Origin: a virus
Lineage: Duplodnaviria > Caudoviricetes
Length of the DNA: 64,000 bases
IMG/VR virus record: IMGVR_UViG_3300049052_000033
Span: 1 to 64,000 of that record
Reading direction: 5' to 3' (one strand)
Both the position numbers and the translations under genes were made by a program. Shown here piece after piece: positions 26,858-37,500 of the stretch (positions are counted from its first letter, which is position 1; each line of letters begins with the position of its first letter). Below the pieces are notes generated by a model. The model searched no databases, was not told where the DNA came from, and saw only the letters and a program-made list of their open reading frames with translations.

Positions 26858-28507
26858 ATGGGAATCAATGTTGGCGGCATGGCCGCCGCGTATCAAGGCT
26901 TCATGGGCGAGCAGCGCCGCTTTGAAGACGACGAGCGCCGCCGGCAGGCGGACGTGCGCGAAAAGCAGGCCTCCGATTTTGCGGAAGAAGTCCGCAACCG
27001 CGACCGCAAGACTTGGAAGGAGCAGGACCGTATCGAAGCCGAGGACAAGGCAGACCTGGCCAGTGTCAGCGAGAAGTACCGCAAGCAGGCCGAACAGTCT
27101 GCCGCCGCCGCCGATGCCGCCAGCGCGGCTTCCGACAACACTGCGAACGCCAGCGCGCCGCCGGCCGGCGGTCCGCCGCCCGTCGACGCGGCGCTGGACG
27201 GTGCAGCGGATGCCGCGCCAGCAGCAACGGCCGCCGCCGCACCTGCCCCGGCCAGACCAGCCGGGCTCCCCAAAGCGCGCAGTTTCAACGACGTGCTGGG
27301 CATGCAGACCGAGCTGCTGCGCAATAAAGCCGCGCGCGGCACCCTGTCAGCAAAGGACTACGCGCAGGGCATGTCGATGCTGAACGCCATGCGCGACGAA
27401 GGCGTCAATGAGGCCCTGAAACGCATCAGTGCCGGCGACTACGAAGGCGGCATGGATGCCTTCAATTCGGTCGGGCAGCACGGCAATGCGCGCATCGTCA
27501 AAGGTGAGGCGGGCACCACCAAGATCAATGGCCAGGACGTCCCGACGCACAATCTCGTGATTGCCAATCCGGACGGCTCGCGCACGACCATTGATTCGGC
27601 ACTGGCGCAATTCCAGCTGATGGACCTGAACACCCAGCTGGCGCACATGGACCGCAGCCGCCAGATGAACAGTCAGGAGAAGTACCAGAACGCCAACCTG
27701 CAGCTGCAGCGCGACCAGCTCGACCTCAGCGCCAAGAACGCCGCCGCCAGCCAAGCCCTGCAGCGGGAGCAGCTGGGCCTGCACCGCGAGCAACTGGCCG
27801 CCGGCACCCCGCTGGGCCAGATCACGGCCATACAGAAGGCACTGGGCCGCAAGCTCAGCACGGACGAAATCGAGAACCGCATGGGGCTGTCCAAGATCCC
27901 GCGCGCGGTCGAGCTGCAGGTGCAGTCGCTGCTGAAAGCGGCGGATACTGACAGCACCGCGGTGGCGAAGGCGATCGCGTCGCCGGAAGGCCTCAACCCG
28001 GCCGCATCGGCGCTGTTCTCCAAAAACGCCGCCTTGCGCGAAATCAAGTTGAGTGAGCTGCTGGCCCCGTACAACGGCAAGGGCGGCGCCACGGTGAGCG
28101 CCGATCCACTGGGCCTGCGCGCGCCGGCCCCGGCACCACAACAGCAACCCGCTCCCGTGTTGCGTGCTCCCGGAGGACTGCAGGCGACCCCGGCTGCCGG
28201 GCAAGCGGCACCGCGCGTCCCGACGGTCACCGCGACCGGCATGCCGATCGCCGAGCGCGACCGCCAGATCGACCTGTGGAACGAACGCGTCGGCGGTGCC
28301 AACATGACCCGCAAGGCAGCACTGGACGAGCGCCAAGCCGACGCGCTAGCCAATTTTGACGAGAACCTGGCCGCGATCAACCGCAACATGTCCCGCGAAG
28401 ACCAGCAGCGCGTATTCAGCTGGTTCGACCGCATGGCCGACTCGGGCTTCCTGACCAATGCCCAACTGAAACAGGTCCGCGAGGCGCGCCGCGCCGCCGG
28501 CGTTTGA
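26858..28507 (+). CDS. Probable internal virion (DNA ejection) protein
   Basis: Helical Ala/Gln-rich 549-aa protein preceding the giant virion protein. Confidence 0.6.
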   Translation: MGINVGGMAAAYQGFMGEQRRFEDDERRRQADVREKQASDFAEEVRNRDRKTWKEQDRIEAEDKADLASVSEKYRKQAEQSAAAADAASAASDNTANASAPPAGGPPPVDAALDGAADAAPAATAAAAPAPARPAGLPKARSFNDVLGMQTELLRNKAARGTLSAKDYAQGMSMLNAMRDEGVNEALKRISAGDYEGGMDAFNSVGQHGNARIVKGEAGTTKINGQDVPTHNLVIANPDGSRTTIDSALAQFQLMDLNTQLAHMDRSRQMNSQEKYQNANLQLQRDQLDLSAKNAAASQALQREQLGLHREQLAAGTPLGQITAIQKALGRKLSTDEIENRMGLSKIPRAVELQVQSLLKAADTDSTAVAKAIASPEGLNPAASALFSKNAALREIKLSELLAPYNGKGGATVSADPLGLRAPAPAPQQQPAPVLRAPGGLQATPAAGQAAPRVPTVTATGMPIAERDRQIDLWNERVGGANMTRKAALDERQADALANFDENLAAINRNMSREDQQRVFSWFDRMADSGFLTNAQLKQVREARRAAGV

Positions 28508-28542
28508 CCCCTCGCATAGCATAACCAAAGGATTTTCCCTGC

Positions 28543-31500
28543 ATGAACCTGAACGAAGCACGCCAACGAATTCCGGCCCTGGCCAATCTCAACGATCAGG
28601 ACGCAATCGACGTCCTGCAACAGCACTACTATCCCGATATCGACAAGGCGCAGCTGGCGCAGGCCTTGGGCGTGCAAACGCCCCAGGTCGACCCACCGCA
28701 GGCTGGCGTACTACGCACGGCCGGCGATATGGGGATCAAGGTGGCACAGGGCGTGGTTGGACTGGGTCAGGCCGCTGTCGGCCTGGGCAGTCTGGCCACG
28801 GGCGGGCTGGTCGGCAAGGGCGCGCGCGCGCTGGGCTACGATCCGCAGCGCACCAAGGAAATCCTGGGTGAGTACCTGAGCGATAGCCAGAAAGCGTCCG
28901 ATGCCAAGGTCGCCAACGCCGATGGCTTCGTGGACACGATCGCCGCCTCCCTGTCCAACCCGCGCGCGCTGTTCGGCAGCGTCGCCGAATCGGCCCCCGG
29001 CATGTTGGGAGGCATGGGCGTGGCCCGTGCTGCAGCCGGCAAGATCGCCGCGCGCGCCGCACTGGCCCCCACCGAGGGCGCCGCCGCCAGCGCCGCAGAA
29101 CTGGCGGCAGGGCGTTCCGCCGCTTCGGCCGCCCAGGCAGCCCTGCGCACCAAGGCTGGCGCGCAGGCGGCCACCGACGCCGTCGAGGCGGCCGGTACCC
29201 GCCTGATGGTCACCGGGTCCGCCGTGGAAGGGGCCCAGACTGCGGGCCAGATTGCCGACGACGCGCAAGCGGCCGGCCGCAGCTACGGCGAATACGCCTT
29301 GCCGGCACTGGCAGCCGGCGTCGGGACAGCCGCCATCGGGGTGGGCGCCGGCAAATTCATGGGCGACAGCGCGACCCAGCTGGCTACCGGCGCGCGATCG
29401 ACGGGCGTGCGCGGCAGCCTGCCGGCGCGCATTGCCAAAGAGGCGCTGAGCGAGGGTGTACTGGAGGAAATGCCCCAGTCGGCGCAAGAACAGGTGTGGA
29501 CCAACGCCGCCATGGGCGAGGCCGACCTGTCCAAAGGTGTCGGCAATGCCGCCGGCGCCGGGCTGATCACGGGCGCTGCCATGGGCGGCGGTCTGGGCGT
29601 GCTGCAGGGGGAAGCGCACCACGCCCCCACGCCGGCACCGGTTCAGCTGCCCAACACCGGACCGCTGTCACAAGCAGCCAACGCCGGGCAAGCCGCAACA
29701 GCCGCCAAGGCCCAAGCCAACGCCACGGTGCCGCAGGCCCCGAGCCCAGCCCAGCCATCGCTGCAGGAAATTGACGACAGGATGGCCGCCCTGGTCGCGA
29801 TCGGCTCCGGCAGCCTGGCACGCAAAGAGCGCGACGCCGCCGGCAACCTGGTGACGATCCCGGCCGTGGCCGGGCGCCGCCTGACGACGGACGAAATCGC
29901 CGAATACAACCGCCTGAAGCAACTGCGCACCGAGCGCACCACCCTGACGCCCGCCCAGCAGGCAGAATTCAACCAGCTGCTGGCCGCCGAACAGGAACAG
30001 CACAACGCCAAGCATGCCGCAGCCATGGCCGCTGCCGCCGAGCAGCGTAACAAGGCTGAGGACGCCGAACTGGCCTCCTTGATGGCGCAGGACGAACGCG
30101 CGCGCCAGCAGGCCGAAGCGCAGCAGCTGGCCGACGCGATCGCCGCCAGCGACGCGCGGGTGGCCGCCGGTGACGCGCGACGTGCCGCCGACAAGCGCGC
30201 CGACCTGCGCACGGGGATCATCAATGATGCGGGCATTGCCGTGGCCGATCGCAAGCAGGCGTTCGCCGATCGTCTGCGGCAGGAGGGCTATCACAGCACC
30301 GCTTTGACCGACGACGATCATGCCGATTTCGACCAGGCCGCCGCGCCGCTGTCCAGCGCGCCCAACGAACTGCAGGACGCGGTCCCGGAACGCGTCGCAC
30401 CGCCTGTTGCGACTGCGGACACACCCAACCTGCGCGCGGTGGACGACGCGATCGCCGCCGGCATGCGCCTGAAAACGGCCAACGGCAAGGTGCTGCACAA
30501 GCCCGGGTCCAGCAAGATTTTCCGCCTGAACAGCGCGCAGCTGGCCTATTACCAGGAAGCGATCAACCGCCCGGCAGTGGCGCAACAGGCGCCCGCGCCG
30601 TCCACGGCCGTCCCCACGGTCGAACCTGTGAGCCCGGCGCCCGAACAAACCGCGGCCTCGCCGATGCTGGCCAACGCCCCACCCATCGCGCCGGCCAGCG
30701 ACGACGGCTTTGACGCCGCTGCCCATGCGGCGGCGACCTCGCCCCACAACGACCTGCCCGAGCCGACCCCAGCCCAAAAAGAGGCCGGGAATTACAAGGT
30801 CGGCCATGTCAGGCTTCATGGGCTGGACCTGTCCATCGAGAACCCCGTGGGGTCCGTGCGCCGCGGCGTCGACCGCGACGGTCAGGCGTGGGAGTCCACC
30901 ATGCAGCACCATTACGGCTACATCAAGGGCACGGTAGGCGCCGACAAAGACCACATCGACGTGTTTGTGGGGCCGAACCGCGACAGCGACAAGGCGTTCG
31001 TAGTCGACCAGGTGCATCCCGACAGCGGCAAGTTTGATGAACACAAGATCATGCTGGGCTTCGACTCCGTCGAGGCGGCGCGCGCCGGCTACCAGGCCAA
31101 TTACGACGCCAGCTGGACCGGCGGGCGCAACATCAGCGAAACGAGCATCGCCGGACTGAAGGACTGGCTGGCCAGCGGCAAAACCCGCAAACCATTTACC
31201 AAACTCCCATCCGCCGCCCCGGCAGCGGAACCGATGGTCGCCGTGACTCCACCGGTGTCCCGCCAAGCGCTGAACCACCTGACCGTCGCCGACATGAACG
31301 ACGACCAGCTGCTGCAGGCCAGGAGCGTGTTTGCCGGACATGCGCGCGAACCGAAGATCCTGCGCGAGCTGGTGCGGCGCGGGCTCGACGCGTCGGCCGC
31401 CGCACCGGGCGCGCCTGCGCCTGCAGCGGTCACGCAGACCGACTCCGCCACCACGAGTGTGGAACCCGATGCCTCGGGCAAACTTGCCAACGCCACGGCG

Positions 31501-34500
31501 CCGGAACACGTTCAGACCGGCGTCGATGACCGGGAGCTGGGCGAAATCGTCGCCGAGTTCAATGAGGCACAGGCGGAGATGATGGAGGGCGACCACGTCG
31601 TGTCCAACATCTTCCAGCCGCCGGCCAAGCGCGACATTGTGCGACTGGCGGACAAGGCGAAAGGCAAGCTGTGGAACCCGGTCGAGGTGAAAGCCTACAA
31701 CAAGGACCTGGCCGCACGCGACGAGCTGGAAAAGGAAGGTCAGCCGGTACCGGCCGAACTGGCCAAGCGCATCAGGGACTTCGAAGCCGTGTATCTGCCG
31801 CATGTGGCGAAGCTGCAAGCCGAAGCGCAGGCCGAAATCGGCGCGTGGAAGGCGCACGCGCAAGCACAGGGCCTGGACCCGGAAACACGCCGCGCCAACG
31901 GCCGCAAGATCGTGCTGTCGCTGTTCGACCTGTCCGGCGAATGGTCCAAACCATGGCTGGAAGCGGGCTATCAGGTGTATCGCTTTGACATTCAGGACGA
32001 TCCCGAAGTGGGCGACGTCAACAACTTCTCGTCGGAATTCTTCAGCGACTGGTTCGGTGACTTCGACGGACTGGATATTTACGCCATCCTTGCCGCCACG
32101 CCGTGCACCGACTTCGCCGTCAGCGGCGCGCGCCACTTCGCCGCCAAGGACAAGGACGGCCGCACCGTGGCCAGTGTCAAGCTGGTGCACCAGACCATGC
32201 GCACCATCGAGTACTTCAAGCCTGTCATCTGGGGCATTGAAAACCCGGTCGGGCGCATCGAAAGCCTGGGCGGGCTGCCGCCATGGCGACTGGCATTTGA
32301 CCCGAACCATCTGGGCGACTCGTACACCAAGAAAACCCTGATCTGGGGACGCTTCAACGCCGACCTGCCGGTCGCTCCGGTCGAGGCGACCGAAGGCAGC
32401 AAGATGCACAAGCAGTACGGCGGCAAGAGCATGGCCACCAAGAATGCGCGTAGCGTGACACCGGAAGGGTTCTCGTATGGCTTCTTCATGGCCAACAACG
32501 CCGTCGACCACCCTGTGATGGCGGTGGCCAACACGTTCGACCGTCTGGACCGTGACGCGATCGCCGAAGCCATGCGCGCCGGCGTGACGGAAGAAGAAAT
32601 CCGGGACGCCGTGCAGGACCTGTACTACATGGATCTGGACGACGATGCCGCCAACGACGCCATCCGCGCCCTGACCCGTGAGCACGCGACCGAGCCGGAT
32701 CCAGATCCGTCGCCGACCCAACCCCGCGGCAAGCAGGACGACACCGTGTCAGCCCCTGACGCGACACTGGCCGACAAAGCGGGACCGGCGGGCGATGACG
32801 CAGTGGCCACCGCGGCGCGCGACGATGCGCTGCAGTTCTCGCGGCGCCGTATCGACACCGACGACCAGCTGGTGAACATCTACAGCCAGATCGCGCAGGA
32901 CGACGCGGCCTTCCGCCTGCCCGACAGCCAAGGCAAGACGCTGGCCGCTGTCGTGGGCGACATGGCACCCGGTATCGTGGTCGATGGCGATGTTGAGATC
33001 GACCTGACCACGGCCGACGGGCCGAACGCCGACCGCGTCTGGCGCCTGCGCCGCGGCGACGGCGCCGGTGGGGACGCCCTGGTGTTCCGCAACACGCGCA
33101 ACAAACAGGTCTGGCTCAATATTTCGAACTGGAAGGAGGGCCGTAGCGGCCACCGCATCTACCAGGCGATCGCCACCTGGGCCCACAACACCGGACAGGT
33201 ATTCATCGGCGACCCGGATGGTCTGTCCGATAAGGCGCTGTACCGTCGCACCGAGCAAATGCTGTCGTCCGCGCTGCGCCACGGCACCACCGAGCACTTG
33301 GCGCCCCACGCACGCCAGGTCGAGGACACCCGCACCCACACGGGTACACCGGTGCGTCCGATTCATTGGCGCGAAGGCAACGATGCACGCAACTTGCGGG
33401 AACTGCTGGTTTCGTCCTACACTAACATTTCTGCAATTTTCCCTGAAATCGAACGTGTCCATTACAACTTCGCCACTGGCCAGTTTGAACGCCTCCCGGC
33501 ATCCGTTCGCGCACCTGAGCACGATGTACTGGCTCACGCTGCCGCTGGCGGAGAACGCGCTGCTGAAGAAGGGGTGGGACGCGGAAGCGATCGAGGCGCT
33601 GCCGGACACGGAATTGCTCGCGCTGATGAAGCAGACGGGCAGTTCGCACGAGTGGATGCAGTTCCTTTCACCGACGAGGATTTCGCAGCTCTTGTCCGGG
33701 AAGTTCGAACAGCTTATGAACAGTTCTACCCATCCTCCCGAGGAGCTTACACGCCACCGGTTGGCGTGTCTGATCTTAAGAGAGCGGCACTTACCGGCAC
33801 CGTTCTACGCGCAGAAGGAAGCGACGCAGGGCGAACGGTTCTGGATCACGTTGCAGAGCGGCTGCTACAACGAGTAAGCATCCCGCTGGAGTCGCTGCTG
33901 TATAGCCGCGACGCCGCCTATTTCCGCCACGACGACGCCTTCGCCCCGCCAGCCATTGAGCAGGGCGATACGGTCGGCGACACGCCGCCGGCCGCACTGG
34001 CCGGGCATGAGTACGTCCAGGCGCTCAAGGACACCGAGCAGCTGAACCGCCGCCTTGCCGGCGAAGGCATGGCGCCGGTCAAGGCGCTGCGCCAGGCCCC
34101 CACCACGCAATTCGCCATGGCGCGCCAGATCGGCAAGGCCTTGGGTATCCGGGTCCAGTTCGTATCGGGCAATGGCGACTTCGAAGGAGTTGCCACCGGC
34201 GGGGTGGCCTATCTGGCCAACGATATGCGCCAGCCTGCACTGGCCATTGCCGGCCACGAGACCCTGCACGCCCTGGAGCAAAGCAATCCCGCACTGGGCG
34301 AGCGCCTGCGCGCGCAGATCCGCAGCTACCTCAAGGAAGGAGTGGTGGATGACCGGCAGGCGCGCGAATATGCGGCCAGCGGCTTTCAGGAAGTCACCGA
34401 GCGGCAGGCCGAAAGCGAGGTCCTGGCCGATATCAACGGCGCCATGTGGCTGGACCCGGGCTTCTGGGCTGCATTGGCCAAGGCCGACCGCTCGCTATTC

Positions 34501-37500
34501 CGCACGGTGGCCTACAAGTTCATGGAAGTGGCCACGTCCCTGCTGGCGTCCCTGCGCCGCGGACGGTTCGACGTGACGCAACTGGTGTCGGACGTGGATG
34601 CGGTGCGCAACATTATGGTGGCGACCTGGGCCGAGCATACCCGTAGCCGGGACGCACTCACGCAAGACACAGCGCGCCGCGCGGTGCCGGTCTATGCGCC
34701 GGCACTGGACGGCTTAGTGGCGCCAGAACAGCAGCTGTCGACCGACGCGCTGCACCAGCTGGCGGACGCGGTCGTAGCGCCGCTCGCGCATCCGCCGCAA
34801 ATCTTCGTTCTGGATGGCCCGGAATTCCTCGACCGTCATCTGGTCGGGGCTGGCGAGGCGCCAGTGAGCGCGGGGGCGACGATCGGCGGCAAGATTTACC
34901 TGTTCCGTAACGGCATTTCCAGCCGGGATAGCGCGGCGGCCACGATCTGGCATGAGTTGTTCCACTATGGGCTCCGAAAACTGATGACGCCGGATAATTA
35001 TGTTTCGGCAATGTCGAAATTGTACAACATCGACCCACAGGTGAAGGCCTACGCCGATCGCTGGAAGGCGACCGAGGATGCGGCGACGCGCCATCGGTCC
35101 GGGGTCAGCGTGACCGACATGCACGTGCTGGCGGTGGAAGAAGCGCTGGCCGTGATGGCCGAGGAACAGCGCAACGGCAAGCCGGTCGGCACCCGCTATG
35201 CCACCGAAAGCCACATCGGCCGCATGCTGCTGTGGATGGTCAATACCGCCCGCAGCATGGGTCTGGACCGCGTGGCCGAAGCGCTGCGCAAACTGACCCG
35301 GGCGCAGGGCCAGGTGTTCGTGGAAAGCATTTTCGACCGCATCGCCGCCGGCGAACGGGAAGTCGAGGGTGCCATGGCGTCGCTCGACGGCCGCAGCATC
35401 AACTTCCGCGCAGCCGATGGTGCCCGACCTGCCACGGACAGCGACAACTTCCGCGCCTGGTTTGGTGATAGCAAGGTGGTGGACAAGGACGGGGAACCCT
35501 TGGTGGTCTACCACGGCACCACCCGTGACTTTTCCACGTTCGATATCGGCGAACCCTTCGGCGACAAAGAGGCAGGCGCGTTCTTCACCGCCGATCCGGG
35601 CGCCGCCAGCGCCTACGCGCACAAGGAAGGCGGGCGCGTCATGCCGGCATTCCTGCGCATTGAGCACCCTTACGTCACCACGGTAGAGGACTGGGAAAGC
35701 GGCGCGGCCAGTTCAGTGGACGCCATCAAACACGAGGGCCGGCATGATGGCTATCAGGTGAAAGGCTGGTCGGACGCGGGCGACATGTGGATCGCGTTTG
35801 AGCCCGAGCAGATCAAGTCCGCGATCGGCAACGACGGCAGCTTCGATGGCGAGAACCCGGATATCGCGTTCAGCCGTGCAGGGCTGGCCGCGGCGCTGGG
35901 CAAGGCCGCCGGCAACATTGAAAACGTGCGCCTGCCCGCCGGCTACCTGCTGGGCGACCTGTTCAACCGCAGCGGCAAGATCAGCTGGTGGCATAAAAGC
36001 ATCGGCACCATGGACAACCTGGCGCGTCGCCAGCCGCTGTTCGCGCCGGTGTACCGTGCCGTGCAGGGCTTCCTGGGCGACGTGTCGCGCTATGCCGTCG
36101 TGGCAGCCAACAAGGCCCCCACCCTGTTGCCGAAGCTGGAAAAAGTCGCCGACATCCTGGGCAAGGACCGCAAGAAGCCCTTGACGGCGGAGGACACCAA
36201 GGCCATCAGCGCACCGATCTTCGAAGGCACGCTGGTGTGGGCGCGCGACGCCCACGGCAAACCGGTCAAACTGGCCGAGCTGGAAGCATGGGCCGACGGC
36301 CTGACGACCGCCCAGAAGGCCGATATCCTGCTGCAGAAGGGCATCATTGATGACGAAACGAATCAGGCCTGGCTGCACAGCCCGCTGGATCACTACGATG
36401 AAAGCATCAATCGCCGCTTCACCACCACGCAGCTGCAGGCCGGCGTGGTATGGAGCGATGCGGAGCTGCGCGAGCTGTTCCAGCTGGACGACCGTCGCAT
36501 TGGCCTGTACCGCGAATTCCGCGCGGCGCTGGACCAGAGCCTGACCAACCTGACCATCAGCGAGATGGTCAAGCTGGGCGGCAAGGATGCCGAAGGCACG
36601 CTGGACTACGCCATGGCGCAGCCGGACCTGCGCGGTGCTGCGCATTACCTGCGTGATCATTTCGTGGCGCTGGCCAAGCTGCACCCTGAAAAGGCGGACT
36701 GGCATCTGGATACGGCGCGCCAGATCATGGACCTGGCCGACCGCGGCCAGGACCTGATGGACCGTGGCTACGCGCCACTGTCGCGTTTTGGCAAGCACAC
36801 CGTCTACGTGCAGCAGGGCGGCGACCAGGTGTACTTCGGCATGTTCGAAACCCCGTATGAAGCCGCCCGCATGGCGCGCCAGATGGAATCCGAGCACCCG
36901 GGCGCCGACGTGTCGCAGGGCACGGTCTCCGAAGATGCCTACAAGCTGTTCGCCGGCATCGCTCCGGAGACCATCGAGCTGTTCGGTTCCATGGTCGGGC
37001 TCGACAGCCAGGGTGACAGCGCAGGCAGCGAGGTGTACCAGTCGTACCTGAAACTGGCCAAGAACAACCGCAGCGCGATGAAGCGCATGATCGAGCGCAA
37101 GGGCATCGCCGGCTTCTCGGAGGACGCCGGCCGCGTGCTGGCCTCGTTCATCTATTCGAATGCCCGCCTCACCTCGGGTAACGCCAATCTGGGCAAGATT
37201 GACGAGGCCATCACCACCATTCCGAAGCAGGAAGGCGAACTAACCGACGCCGCCATGCAGCTGCGCGAGACCATCCGCAATTCCGAAGGCGGCAACCGGC
37301 TGGGCGGCCTGATGTTCGCCCAGTTCCTCGGTGGGTCGGTGGCATCCGCCCTGGTCAACCTGACGCAGCCGGTGACCATGACCTTGCCCTACCTGAGCCA
37401 ATATGGTGGTATCGGCAAGGCCGGCCAGCGTCTCGCCGGCGCCATCCGCGATGCCGGCAAGCGCAGCACGGGCGACGCGAGGCTGGACGCAGCGCTGCAA

